A stretch of 64,000 nt of DNA from Octopus vulgaris (GCA_951406725.2 OX597831.1:23188001-23252000); one strand, 5' to 3'. Counted from the stretch's first letter, positions 35,666 to 51,542 are shown. Program-made: numbers and translations. The notes: generated by a model not told the origin, from the sequence alone.

Positions 35666-36369
35666 TATATATATATATACCACTAATATAGGATGAAGTT
35701 TTCTTTCTCTACAGAAAAGAATTCCATCAAGAAATGTTGCAGCATATTAAAAAATACCTTTACGGTTGAGGGAATATTCTTCCAAACTTACAGGGAAAAA
35801 TTCAATTTAGAAATACTAAATCAAATTTCACGAAATATAATATATATATATATAAATTAGAAATAAACAACCTTTTATCAATTCAAAATGAAAAATTAAT
35901 TTACACCATCTAGAAAATTACATATAATAGAAAGATTAGATATAAGATAAAAAATATAACGATGATTAAGTAATGTGCAGAATAATAAATATAACGTATA
36001 TATTTGGTAGAATAACGATACATGTTTCGTGGCTATATTTAAGAAATATTTCACAAAATTTAAGAAATTTATATATATATATAAATAAAAATGGGTTTGT
36101 ATGATTGTGCATAGAGGGATATATATTATACAAAGGAATTCCAACTCAGTCTGTTGTTTATGTTTTATTTATATTTTTTATAATATTAATGTAGAATAGA
36201 GAATATATAGTATAAATAGTATATATAGTGAAATGAAATGAAGTATTGATTGTCTTATTGAATAGATTAAATATTGAATATCAAATATTAAGGGACTAGT
36301 ATACTTTCTTGCATTAAAGCAGTCTTCAAGGTCCCAGGTTATGACAGGAGTGTTTCAACTGTATATATA

Positions 36370-36980
36370 TAGTCAGGCCATAACCCGTGGCCCCTACCTG
36401 GGACGTAGTCAGTCCACCTGTGCATACCTTCCTTCTTGTGACACTTGTGAAGACCTGTTGAGGCAAGTGAAAATCAAACAAAATCATAATAGATGAACAT
36501 CAATGGAATTTGTATCTTTGTGGTACCAGTGCCGGTGGCACACAAGAAAACCATCCAAACGTAGCCGTAGCCAGTACCGCATCGACTGGCCTCCGTGCTG
36601 TGGGCACGTAACAAACACCATCCAATTGTGGCCGTTCACCAGCCTCATCTGGCACCTGTGTCGGTGGCACATAAAAAACACCATCCGAGCGTGGCCGTCT
36701 GCCAGCCTCGTCTGGCACCTGTGTCGGTGGCACATAAAAACACCATCCGAGCGTGGCCGTTCGCCAGCCTCGTCTGGCACCTGTGTCGGTGGCAAATAAA
36801 ATCACCCACTACACTCTCGGAGTGGTTGGCGTTAGGAAGGGCATCCAGCTGTAGAAACACTGCCAGATCTGACTGGCCTGGTGCAGCCTTCGGGCTCCCC
36901 AGACCCCAGTTGAACCGTCCAACCCATGCTAGCATGGAAAGCGGACGTTAAATGATGATGATGATGATGATGATGATGAT
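36370..36980 (+). mobile_element. RTE LINE 3'UTR-only copy
   Basis: Collinear with 56089-56839; three 63-bp units; (GAT)n tail; short TA runs on both sides. Confidence 0.92.
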
Positions 36981-36984
36981 ACAC

Positions 36985-37032
<48 letters not shown>

Positions 37033-37369
37033 ATAAAACTGTAGTAAGAACAGCAAACAGTTGAAAGGTTGACAGTCAAATCCTTTTAAATTTGCAGTAA
37101 ATATCAAATCAAACCTACCTATCATGGACCAGAATCTCATTTGTGCAAAAGAGAGAAACATAATAAAAAAAAGAGAGGGAGACAGAGCGAGTGGGGAGAG
37201 AGAGACATTGAGGGAAACGGAAGATATTGCCAAAATGCCAATACTCAGAGAGGAAGTCTAAGCAAAGAAGCATTTGTAATGTTAATGCTATGTCAGAAGC
37301 CTCAGATGGCAGGGCCAATGTATGGCAAGCTTCTAGAATGATTTAGTACCTGCAAGTGTAATGTATATG

Positions 37370-37421
<52 letters not shown>

Positions 37422-37564
37422 GTATTCTTCCATTATTGGTGAGGTCATCGAAAAATGTGTTCCATCCAATGAGAGATAAATATTTAATGTATACAGTCTT
37501 CAAATTTGATCCACCATTAATTTCGTACTTCTGAAAATACAATAGCAAAGCAAGTTATATAAGC

Positions 37565-37582
37565 CCCTCCTCCTCCTCCTCC

Positions 37583-37619
<37 letters not shown>

Positions 37620-37690
37620 CCTCATCATCATCATCATCATCATCATCATCACCATCGTAATCATTATCATTATTATTGTCATCATTATGT
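37565..37690. repeat. (CCT)n(CAT)n array
   Basis: Direct inspection. Confidence 0.93.
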
Positions 37691-39234
37691 TTTGCTTTGA
37701 TTTTCTATGATGACACTGGTTTTTACAGGTTCTGCATCACCTCCTCTCTTTATAAGATTCTTTATCATCTGGTGCACACACACACACACACACTCTAACA
37801 ACACGCAAAAAACAACCAATTTTTAAAATTTTGTATAGCTCAGAAATCAGAGTGGTACTCCAGCTAGGGCAGCTACTTCTCCAAATTGAAAGATCACAGC
37901 CCTGATACTATGGATATGTGGTAAGAATATCTCAGTCTCAGGGAAGAATACAGGAAATGTATACACACAATACATAATGTTGCAGTCAATCATTATTAAA
38001 ATATGTTCTGTTTTCAAAATTTAATACAACCTACAGACAAAATTAAACATTTTTCTGAACACCTGTTTTCAAGTTGTGGAGCATTCTGGTTAAGTCATTA
38101 CTGATAATGTAAGATGATGGAGTCACAAATACCAAGAAACATTTCAGTCAGTATTTGAGTGCATTCTTATTCAAGGGCTGCCCTCAATGCTTTGACTGTT
38201 ACTGGTTTTGTACCATGAAAAATATTTCCAATGACAGCATTTCAAAATGCAATGGACACTGAGAATTGTTATTTTGGTCTCAAAACCTGCTTTCTGTGCA
38301 GATTTTCTTAAGCAGTTTTCTAGTACACTTTTTTGTTGCGTGGGTCTTATCAATGTCCACACAAGTGTTTCTTGTGGACAGGGCATTCTGAACAATTCCA
38401 TCTGTATCAATCTTATCTCTGATTCGAGCGATGATAAATCACATAGGTATATATCTTTGACACTCTCTCCACCACTAAATTTCCATTGCCTCACAACTCC
38501 ATTTTCCTTTGTCGAAAGCTCTATATTAAAGATATTTCACAATCCTTTTTTTTATATTAGTCTTTCACTGTTTCTTTCTTATAAATTCATTCACATTTCA
38601 TGACCTCAGTTTCATAATGCGAATAAAATGATATTTGTATCGGCAAGTTAGTCACGCACTTTGCATTAAGTAACAAAGTATCATAGGAATACTGGTATAA
38701 CATACAAAGTCATCAATGCCAGATTTAAAATTATTCAACAGCTAACGCTTTTCAGATTTTAGAGTTTATTTTATGAATATTGCAATTGTGTATCATGTTT
38801 TTGTCTGTGTTTTGTAATTAATAAACTTCTGTTATTAATTGCATTTTCTTTGAGTATCATTTTTTTGTTGTCTGTGTGGAATTGTAAGTATATATATATA
38901 TGATCGTAGGGCTACCAGTTAATGGATTTCTATATGATTTATCACATGTATTGTATTATAAACTGTTGCAATGGTGCCTTGTTGTAACTGCATGGCCAAC
39001 CAACAAGAAAGAGTCATACTTGTTTGCCCAGTGTAGCAGCTTGAGTCATGATATTTACAACTTTCATGTATAGAGAGAAAATTGTACATTGGATTGCTTG
39101 ACTGAAATGCATTTGGTGGTTTGCGACTTTGTGGTTTTGTGTTGATGAGAAGGTTTTCCATTCAAGCGTTTTGTAATATATTCTAAATATGAGTTTGTGG
39201 CTTAGGTTTGATGCCTAGAGAGTTCTATTTTATC

Positions 39235-39304
39235 TATGTATACATACATACATACATACATACATACTTATCTATATATGTGCGTGTGTGTATCGGTACA
39301 TATG

Positions 39305-39347
<43 letters not shown>

Positions 39348-39389
39348 GTATATAAATGTGTGTATATAGGTGTATACATAAATAGATCC

Positions 39390-39440
<51 letters not shown>

Positions 39441-39542
39441 ATAATGTATATATTTGTATGCATATATACATACACATACATGTGCATACATATATAAATA
39501 TACATGTGTGGTATACTTCTGTGGTATATGCATATGTGTGTG

Positions 39543-39581
<39 letters not shown>

Positions 39582-39633
39582 ATATATATACATATATGTA
39601 ACAAAGTGGAGTTGTAAGGTACCACACGAGTGG

Positions 39634-39670
<37 letters not shown>

Positions 39671-39724
39671 TTCTTTCATATACATATATGTATATACATA
39701 TATATATGTGTGTGTGTGTATATA

Positions 39725-39766
<42 letters not shown>

Positions 39767-40731
39767 GTATGCACATAATATGTATACACATAGACACACA
39801 TGCACCAACAAACACACTTAAACACATATACCAAGATACATAAAAGAGAAGGGGAACTTTTATGTCTTATGCGTTAAATAAACAAACGAATAGTTTATAC
39901 TTAACCCGTAAAAAGAGTCCCTGTTGCAAAACAATCAAATAAGGGTTAACGTCCTTTCACTGTCCCTTTCAATTGTTTTACCTTCACTGCATCTGCCATA
40001 ATAGGGATTCACTTCCATTTTACATCCTTTGTTTGTTTGCTTTCTTCCTTTTCCTACCCCGTTCTTTTTTTTTTCTCAAACAATGATATTGGTTTGTTTG
40101 ATTTCTCTCCATTGCAGCACACACTAAATTAGGAAATTACAACTGTTGTTTATTATTTTCCCCATGTAAAATGTCTTTTTTCTCTCTATGTGCATGTACG
40201 GGCAAAACTAATTCATATCTGTGTGTGTGTGTATATATATATGTATATATGTGGGTATATATGTAAATATATATGTATATGTGTGGGTATATATGTAAAT
40301 ATATATATGCATATATATATATATGTGTGTGTGTATATATATGCATATATATATGTATATATGCATATAAACATATATATATAAATACTTAGATATGTAT
40401 ATATATATGTGTGTATATATGCATATATATATGTATATATGCATATAAACATATATGTATAAATACTTAGATATGTATATATGTGTATATATACATATAT
40501 ATGTATAAATACTTATATATGTATATATATGTGTTTATATATATGTATATATATATATATATACATACATATATACATATGCATGTGTATATGTATATAT
40601 ATATGTATGTGTGTGTATATATATTATATATATGTGTATCTATATGTGTATGTATATATGTATATATATATATGCTTATATATATATATATGCGTATATA
40701 TATATATGTATATATATACATATATACATAT

Positions 40732-40782
<51 letters not shown>

Positions 40783-41046
40783 TATGCATGTATATTCATG
40801 TAAATATGTGTGTATGTTTATATCTTCCTTCTTTTTTTAATGTCCATTGTGTTGCATGTTTGATCCTGAACATGTCATCATTTTATTTTTCTGGGCAGGG
40901 GTTATTTTCCTGATTCCCCTTCATATAATGGTAGTCCCCTCATTATTTTTATTCTTTGAAGAGTATTCACAGAAAGATTTCTATTTTGTAGGGTCAGTTT
41001 TGTCATATTTCATGTTTTATCTATCTATCTCTCTGTCTATCTCTCT

Positions 41047-41118
<72 letters not shown>

Positions 41119-41217
41119 ATCTATCTGTCTGTCTGTCTGTCTATCTATCCACCCGCATACATGCATATATATAAATACACACACACACACATCTATCTAT
41201 CTATCTATTATATATCT

Positions 41218-41275
<58 letters not shown>

Positions 41276-41277
41276 CA

Positions 41278-41320
<43 letters not shown>

Positions 41321-41335
41321 GCACACACACACATC
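39235..41335. repeat. Cluster of TA/TG and (TATC)n microsatellite blocks (39235-39790, 40215-40800, 41018-41335)
   Basis: Direct inspection. Confidence 0.9.
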
Positions 41336-41614
41336 ATAGTGCCTTGCCCTGGGCGAATTATGGCTGCATTTATATCCCACCTGCGTATCGGCATGCATGC
41401 AGAGATATTTAGAACTGGTAACTCCTTCTTGATCCTCTCCATATAATGTGCAGCAATTACTCATTTCCTTCTTTGATTTATTTCTGTGTGATGACTTCAC
41501 TCCCTTCAATCATCCACTGGATGAAGTCTGTAATCTTTGATGCTGGCTTGAATCACCCAGTGGGCCGTAGTATTCAGAGTCTTTACCGTCATTGCTGCCT
41601 TCGTCAATGTTATC

Positions 41615-41628
41615 ATCCACTTCCTCTT

Positions 41629-41659
<31 letters not shown>

Positions 41660-42545
41660 GTCGTCATCGTCATTATCGGCGTTGTCGTAGTTGTTGTTAT
41701 TGTTGTTGCTCGTCATCGTCATCATGATTGCTGTCACAAATGCCACCATCCTCCCCTACTCTCCCTCCTCCACCACCACCACCTCCTCATCCTCCTCCAC
41801 TTCCCCTCCCTACCTACTCCCCTCCTCCTCTTGACCACCACCACCACCACCACCACCGTCATCAATATCATCGTCGTCATCATCATCATCATCATGATCG
41901 CTGTCACGAATGCCACCCTCCTCCACCTCCACCACCACCACCACCTCTTTATCCTCCTCCACTTCCCCTCCCTTCCTACTCCCCTCGTCCTCCTCCCCCT
42001 CACCTCCTCCTCTTGACCACCACAACCACCACCACCGTCATCAACATATTCGTCGTCGTCATCATCATCATCATCATACTCATCCTTATCTTCTGCTCTT
42101 TCTCATTGCCATCGTTTTCATTACAATCACCGCCAACGCCAATGTCATTTAGACATCATCATCATCATCATCATCATCATCCACATTGTCAGCACTTCCA
42201 TCGTTGTCATCATCATTGTCCACCTTACCCTCAAAATCACCATCATAACCATCAACTCTGCGTATAAACACTATTATCGTCACATCATATTCAGTAGCAG
42301 CAGCAGTTCTAATTAAAGCAGCAGCATCATCTCTGTCATCATTATCACCATTGTCATCACTGTCCTCATTGTTGTCATCATTTCTGACAACACTGTTTCT
42401 GGCACTACCATTGTCTCTAGTACTGCAACCACCCCGCTCTGACACCAACACCATATCACTACAACAAACACCACCACCATATCTACCACCACCACCACCA
42501 CTAGCAAGATCACCATCACAACCACCACCACCACCACCTCTGACA
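41615..42545. repeat. CCT/CAC/CAT low-complexity tract with a ~170-190-bp tandem duplication (41720-41890, 41891-42075)
   Basis: catgat(t/c)gctgtcac(a/g)aatgccacc and cctcctcttgaccaccac each occur twice. Confidence 0.85.
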
Positions 42546-42557
42546 ATAACAACAGCA

Positions 42558-43072
42558 GTGGAGGCGCAATGGCCCAGTGGTTAAGGGCAGCGGACTTGCG
42601 GTCATAAGAACGCAGTTTCGATTCCCAGACTGAGCATTGTGAGTGTTTATTGAGCAAAAACACCTAAGCTCTACGAGGCTCCTGTGTGGTGGTGGTGCTA
42701 AACCCTGCTCTACTCTATCACCACAACTTTCTCTCACTCTTTCTTCCTACTTCTGCCACAAACCATAGGAACCATGGTGCAACCCACTATGGTGTGGTAA
42801 GCTTTCAGACCCTAGTCTGTACCCCAGGATGGTTCAGCTCTCCACCCGTTAAAAGCCACCGGTTACTGAATGAGGATAACAACGTAGCTTTCGTGCCCGT
42901 GCAACTGCCAGTCTATCGCATGTGGTGGGTGGATCTTCAAGTTGCCACACGCATTCTTAGTAGCTCAGAGTAGGCTCGAATTAGAGATTATTCCTTGTGG
43001 CTCATGGCTTGAGTCCCGATTGGAAGAAGAAGAAGAAGAAGAAGAAGAAGAAGAAGAAGAAGAAGAAGAAGA
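42558..43072 (+). mobile_element. SINE: head D plus tail Z, (GAA)n end
   Basis: A-box TGGCCCAGTGG, B-box GTTTCGATTCC; homologous to 32116-32607. Confidence 0.9.
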
Positions 43073-43359
43073 CAGCAGCAGTATTAACAACAACACTGAC
43101 ACCATCTTCTCCTCTACCACCACCACCACCACCACTGCCAACAACAACACTCTTATCACCACCATCATCATCATGAACAAGAATAACATCTCTACAAACA
43201 TAACACTCACAACAACAACAACATTCACCATCATCATCACCACTGTCAACAACATCAAAAGGATTGGAAGAAGAAGAAGAAGAAGACAACAACAGCAACA
43301 TCAACACTGACACCGCACCATCATCACTGCCTACACCAAAGACACCATGCCACCCCCTC

Positions 43360-44180
43360 TACTACGACCACCACCATCACCACCACCACCATCACCACCA
43401 CCACCACCACCACCATCACCACCACCACCATCACCACCACCACCATCACCACCACCACCATCACCACCACTACCATCACCACCACACCACACCATCACCA
43501 CCACCACCACCACCACCATCACCACCATCACCACCACCACCACCATCACCACCACCACCATCACCACCATCACCACCACCACCATCACCACCATCACCAC
43601 CATCACAACCACCACCATCACCACCATCACAACCACCACTATCACCACCACCACCACCACCACCACCACCATCACCACCATCACCACCACCACCACCATC
43701 ACCACCACCACTATCACCACCACCACCATCACCACCATCACCACCATCACCACCATCACCATCACCACCATCACCACCACCATCACCATCACCACCACCA
43801 TCACCATCACCACCACCATCACCACCACCACCACCATCACCACCACCACCACCACCACCACCACCATCACCACCACCACCACCACCACCACCACCACCAC
43901 CACCACCACCATCACCACCACCACCATCACCACCACCACCATCACCACCACCTCCATCACCACCACCACCATCACCACCACCACCATCACCACCACCACC
44001 ATCACCACCATCACCACCACCACCATCACCACCATCACCACCACCACCATCACCACCATCACCACCACCACCATCACCACCATCACCACCATCACAACCA
44101 CCACCATCACCACCATCACAACCACCACCATCACCACCACCACCATCACCACCATCACCACCATCACCACCACCACCACT
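43360..44180. repeat. ~820-bp (CAC/CAT)n trinucleotide array
   Basis: Direct inspection. Confidence 0.97.
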
Positions 44181-44733
44181 TAACGATCACGGTCATTTTT
44201 TCATTCTTCGTTTTTGTCATCGCTATCATCCTTCATTCCGTTTCCTCTTTTACCATTTCCTTTTACTAAAAGAACCTCATGCAAGGAATGAAAAAAATAT
44301 GAATATTGTTAAATCTAATGTCGTTATAAATTGATTCATTAAATTGCAGGTATAATTTAATGAATCCCTTTTAATTTAATCCACTTCACTAACTGACATA
44401 ATTGCCAAAATTGTTCTGATGCCTAATTTGCATAAATTGACTGAAGGCGATTCTCTTTAACGAATTTGTATTTTAATTTGTATTTTGAAGAAAATTTTTA
44501 AGAAAAAAAAAATCTGGTTTACAGTTTCTATTTTTTTTACAATTTGCAACATTCAATTATCGCCCTTTGTCATATTGTGACCATTTTCTGTTGTGTAGGT
44601 GTGTGCGTGAGTGTGTATGAGTGTATATATATGAAGTACCTTCTGACTAGATTTAGTGCTAAAGCAGGGGTGGGTGACAAACATAGATGCAAAGACACAC
44701 TTGTGTGGCTATATATGAACATACATACATACA

Positions 44734-44805
<72 letters not shown>

Positions 44806-44809
<4 letters not shown>

Positions 44810-45140
44810 AGGTGCAGGTGCATGGCTTACTGATTAGGGGTATTCTGCTCATGATTGTAAGGTTGTTGTGTCCTTGTTTTGATTGCTGCATTGTTTCCTT
44901 GAGCAAGACTTTTTATTTCACATTGTTCTAGCCCACTCAGCTGGCAAAACTTACTAGCACCTATAATTAAAAAAATGCCAGCCTTGTCACAATCGGTGTC
45001 ACACTGAATCTCCCAGAGAACTAAGTTCAGGGTATGATTGTCTGTGGAGTACTCAGCCACTTGCATGTTAATTTCACGAGCAGGCTGTTCTGTGGTTTGG
45101 ATCGACTGGAACCTTCATTACCGCAACTGATGAAGTACCA
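44806..45140 (+). mobile_element. SINE: head E plus tail X
   Basis: ccttgagcaagacttttatttcac core; ccagccttgtcaca...ctgaatctccc...ggagtactcagccacttg shared with 3512-3838. Confidence 0.8.
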
Positions 45141-45219
45141 TTATAAACCTCTTCGTTAATGTGATATAAATTAAAATATTCCATCCAAATTCCATGTTAA
45201 TTTATGTTCCCAATATAAG

Positions 45220-45545
45220 GCAAGGAACTGGGTGAATCATTACCATGCTGGGCAAAATACTTTCTGGCATTTCTGAGTTCAAATTCTTCTGAGACCAACC
45301 TTGATTTGCATTTCTTTGATACAATAAATACCAGTTGAATATTGGGGTCAATGTAATCAACCAGCATCCTTTCCCTCATTTATGTTCCAAACATGAGCTT
45401 AATAATTCTTTGTACTTTGGCACAAAGCCAGCAGTTTTTGAGGGGAGGGGTAGGTTGATTACATTGACCCTGGTGCCCAATTAGTTCTTATTTCATGAAC
45501 CCTGAGGGGATGAAAGGCAAAGTCAACCATGGCATAATTACTACA
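45220..45545. mobile_element. Two degenerate SINE B2 copies in opposite orientation (~45220-45380 +, ~45405-45545 -)
   Basis: gagttcaaattc/ggggtcaatgtaatc and gattacattgaccc/gatgaaaggcaaagtcaacc. Confidence 0.6.
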
Positions 45546-45608
45546 AAGAACATATAGAAAATCAAAATGCTCTGATTGGTTGGTATTGGTGCAATATGTC
45601 TCTTACTC

Positions 45609-46073
45609 TGTTGCACCAACTTGCTGTGTGTAACCAGTTGGAGGCCCTAAATAGGATCACATGGGACAGCCTGTTTATTACCCATTTTTAGCCTTCAGTT
45701 CCTTATAAAAACTCAACTCTTCCTCATTCTGAAGTCTTTGGTTCCAGACCTTTTACGGTCTAACCACTGACCACAAAGACACAGCCAGTTCCAGCAACAA
45801 CACCAGACAACACCACCACAACAGTTACATTGAGACTCACCAACTTCGCCCAACAACATTACAGCAACTTCTTTCTTTGCTGCCACCATCATGTCCTTAA
45901 TGTCAACATCATCTCTCTTCGTACACGGCTCAGCAAACAATTCACCCAGGTTCCAAATGTACACTGTTCATGAATTATTTCAATACAGATCAACAGTGAA
46001 TATACAACCTGCATGAACTCCTGTACTTAGTGACCCAGGCAACAGCATCACAGTCACGATTTCATGTACAACA
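45609..46073 (+). mobile_element. Candidate solo LTR, 465 bp
   Basis: TGTTG...CAACA termini, TATAAAA near 45706, AATATA near 46000, 3' part repeated at 4684-4763; no clear TSD. Confidence 0.5.
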
Positions 46074-46126
46074 TATACCTGTAACTGGCTCAGCATCATG
46101 GCCTTGACTTCTTGTTACAGTATTTC

Positions 46127-46332
46127 TGTTTCTTTATTACCCACAAGGGGCCAAACGGATTAAGTCGATTACATCGACCCCAGTGCATAACTGGTACTCA
46201 ATTTATGAACCCCAAAAGGATGAAAGGCAAAGTCGACCTTGGCGGAATTTGAACTCAGAATGTAACAGCAGACGAAATATGGCTACGCATTTCGCCCGGC
46301 ATGTTAACGGTTCTGCCAGCTCCTCGCCTTCA
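46127..46332 (-). mobile_element. SINE B1 with perfect 17-bp TSD
   Basis: TCTTGTTACAGTATTTC at 46110-46126 and 46333-46349. Confidence 0.93.
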
Positions 46333-46475
46333 TCTTGTTACAGTATTTCAACTACCGTGTTGACTACAAACTGGTATTATTATTGTGTCTATGAACTTGC
46401 TTCGCACTTCAGTAGCTATATACTCTCACTGTCATCTTCATTGTCACCCTTATATGTTCTTAACACGTGCATACA

Positions 46476-46642
46476 TAGGTACAGGAGTGGCTGTGTGGTA
46501 AGTAGCTTGCTTACTAACCGCATGGTTCCGCGCTCAGTCCCACTGCATGACACCTTGGGCAAGTGTCTTCTACTATAGCCTCAGGTCGACCAAAGCCTTG
46601 TGAGTGGATTAGGTAGACGGAAACTGAAAGAAACCCGTCATA

Positions 46643-46699
<57 letters not shown>

Positions 46700-46955
46700 G
46701 TATATATATGTATATATATATGTATATATGTGTATGTGTGTGTATGTTTGTGTGTCTGTGTTTGTCCCCACAACACTGCTTTACAACCGATGCTGGTGTA
46801 TTTACGTCCCACATAACTTAGCGGTTCGGCAAAAAGAGACCGATAGAATAAGTACTAGGCTTACAAAGAATAAGTCCTGGGGTTGATTTGCTCGACTAAA
46901 GGCGGTGCTCCAGCATGGCCACAGTCATATGACTGAAACAAGTAAAAGAGTAAAA
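46476..46955 (+). mobile_element. Full-length SINE A
   Basis: Near-consensus. Confidence 0.93.
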
Positions 46956-47806
46956 ATCTATGTCTACATACACGTTTTGTTCTCATGACGGCCTGTCTGT
47001 TATTCAGTATACATGATGCACACACAGACACATGGTAACCTATCAATAAATACTATCTTAATCGTTCTACATGGTTGTGTCTTTTATTTTTCCATCTGGC
47101 AATTATAATTATTTGTACCATTCCAATTTCTCTTTATTGTATCAGCTGTGTGATGTAGTACTAAAGCACTATTCTTGTCTCTTCACATCATGCGGTCCCT
47201 TGCACTAACAACAGGGTTAAAAGTATAAATTTGTGCGACTTAAATCTTAACTGGAGATGCAACAGAAGTCAATGAACTGGTCACAGAACACAGGTCAAGG
47301 GTCTAAGGCCAAACAGAGTTGTGATGAGAAACTTGTGTAAAATTTCTCTACGGTATTCGGTTACGGTTGTTCATGGTCCAAATTTCAAAATCTTCCTTTT
47401 ATCCACTCAATTCGAACCAGTCAAGTGCAGGAGTCAAACTGCAAATGAAAGACAATAACGGGTGCAAGACAACAAACACCAAAAATAATTCTTGAAATTA
47501 TATCTAAGCAACAATATCAAATACAGATGTCTGCGGATTAAAAACATCTAAAGAATTGTCTGCCATAGCAATGAATTATTGCATTAAAAGATAAAAGACT
47601 GCCATGATTTTTGCTTTGTTTCAATTTAGTTTTCCTATAATTGTCTCCTGATTCTTTCCTCACTAATTCTGTCATTTTTGATTACTTTTCAAAAATATAT
47701 ATCTTACCGTTCCATCTTCTCATATTGTTATCCCTCTCATTATTTTCCATCTCTGCTTTCGCACCCCTCCCTTCGTATTCTCACCCTTTTTGTTCTTTCT
47801 TTCTTC

Positions 47807-47841
<35 letters not shown>

Positions 47842-47959
47842 AACTTCCTTCTTCTTCTCTTTCACCGCTTCATTGTCTTCTAACTTTCCAATCATCCTTT
47901 CACTCTCTTTCTCTCAAAATAGTTGATATCAATTCACTAATGCCAATCTAAGTAGGTTT

Positions 47960-48144
47960 GTATACATACACACTTTCACATACACACACATACATAAGCA
48001 TATGTGTGTGTAGACATATATATATATATATATATAAGACATATCTATACACATACACACACATATTTATACACATATATTAACAATATTATAAATATAT
48101 ATATAATGTGTGTTTGTGTGGTTGTATATGTACAAACATGTGTA

Positions 48145-48210
<66 letters not shown>

Positions 48211-48449
48211 TATACACACATATACATATATATTATTTGTATTCAACATATTTGCATGCAGATGTGTGTGTAATATATATATATATATATGTATATAAAC
48301 ACACATGTACATACATGTATACATAAACACGCACTTGCTCGCATACATGCTTGCATATACATGCACACAAATTTTATTTGTATATGCAGTATATATATAT
48401 ATATATATGTGTGAGTGTGTGTGTATATATGTGTATATATGTGTGTGTA

Positions 48450-48481
<32 letters not shown>

Positions 48482-48748
48482 GATATACACGTGTATGTAA
48501 GTATATATATGTTTATATACATAAGAGTTTGTGTGTGTTTGTATGTAATTGTGTATGTGGGAGTTTGTTTATGTATTCCAGAGAGGAAAATTTGTAATCT
48601 GTTAGCCCAGAAGATAATAATTTAGATATAACAACATTTCCTTCTCAATGTATATAGGTGTGCACATGACAGTCTGTGTGTATGTATATATGTATATATA
48701 TATATATATATAAACATAAATATATATGTATGAACATACACACAAATG

Positions 48749-48796
<48 letters not shown>

Positions 48797-48871
48797 TATA
48801 TAATTATATATATTATATATTATATATATGTAAAAGTATGCATGTACATATACATATTTACATAGGTAATA

Positions 48872-48917
<46 letters not shown>

Positions 48918-48975
48918 CACATATACATATGTATGTATGCATACATACAAACACTTATACACATATGTATGTATG

Positions 48976-49012
<37 letters not shown>

Positions 49013-49030
49013 GTGTGATTGAGTTTGTGT
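47960..49030. repeat. TA/CA/TG compound microsatellite field
   Basis: Direct inspection. Confidence 0.9.
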
Positions 49031-49309
49031 GTGTATATCTGGAAAGAATTGCTGGAATCTATTATCCCAAAATGTCGATACACAAATGTCTTTTCGCAAC
49101 GAATTTGGTAAATTCATTTCACTTTATAAAGATTATTATTGTAGACATTTTTCCATAAATGTATTGCTTTTTGAAACATTTTCCATAATTTTTGTTTTTT
49201 AAAGCCATTCTTAGAACATTCTAATGCTGGATTCTTGAATTGCCTTTTGTTAAGCTATGCTTAAGTGTATGCTTTCAAAGGAATTTCTGATATAAGAAAT
49301 AATATCTTA

Positions 49310-50640
<1,331 letters not shown>

Positions 50641-50649
50641 ATTATGTAT

Positions 50650-50820
50650 GTATACGACAGGCTTCTTTCAGTTTCTGTCTACCAAATCCACTCACAAGGC
50701 TTTGGTTTGCCCAAGGTTATAGTAGAAGACACTTGCCCAAGGTGCCACGCAGTGGGACTGAACCCGGAACCATGTGGTTGGTAAGCAAGCTACTTACCAC
50801 ACAGCCACTCCTGCACCTAT
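50650..50820 (-). mobile_element. SINE A 5' half
   Basis: Near-consensus head and core. Confidence 0.9.
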
Positions 50821-51542
50821 CAACTTTTCTTTCTTCCTTATCGCATAGCTTGTTGTCAGCTGGGCATGCTATATCTATGATCTAGCATCATCTGCTTTCT
50901 TTCTCAATTATTATTATTATTATTATTACTATTATTATTATCATGTGCATTTATTTCCATGTGCATGTTCATCTATCTAGACACACAAATACACATACAT
51001 ATATATATAAACATACACATAAAGACAGTCGGACAGGGCAGACATAGAAATAGAAACACTATAACTTAAAATAGATTAAACATTGATATACAGAATGAAA
51101 ACTTAAAGAACCTGTACAATACATATATACTGGAATGCATTTCCATATTTTAAATTCATTGTCTGTTTTATTTTGTAGTACAAATCATAGATATTTAAAG
51201 ATATTTATAGTCTTTGCTTTCTCAAAGAATATCTTTAGGGTGTACACGAAGCTTTTGCAAAATAGCATAAGCAAAGACTGATAGACGATTTTATACAATT
51301 ATTATTTCTCATTAGTTTCTTGTTAGAGAAAAATAGCTGCTAGCTTTATCTCTCACTCCCTCTCCTTCACGTTCTCTCTCTTACACACACACACGTGCAC
51401 ACACACACATATATATACATGTATATAAACAGATATATATGTATATATATATCTATATACACATATATATATATATATCTATACACACGTTCATATATAT
51501 GTTTATAGACATATACACATACATACATACATACATATGTAA

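Noticed and set aside
38171-38603. Overlapping 107-aa and 118-aa ORFs in unique sequence
   Set aside because: No recognisable motif or splice signals; length is compatible with chance
39901-39949. TTAACCC...GGGTTAA as a tiny piggyBac element
   Set aside because: Only 49 bp, and the TIR does not extend beyond 3 bp inside the TTAA
43264-44334. 356-aa poly-His/Pro 'extensin-like' ORF and overlapping poly-Thr/Val ORFs
   Set aside because: Several frames are open only because (CAC/CAT)n lacks stops; no domain or splice evidence
45713-45964. 83-aa Cys-rich ORF
   Set aside because: Lies antisense within the candidate LTR; the Cys residues derive from CAA/CCA-rich low complexity
47325-47375. miR-10/miR-100-like sequence
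   Set aside because: Only partial word similarity and no hairpin precursor
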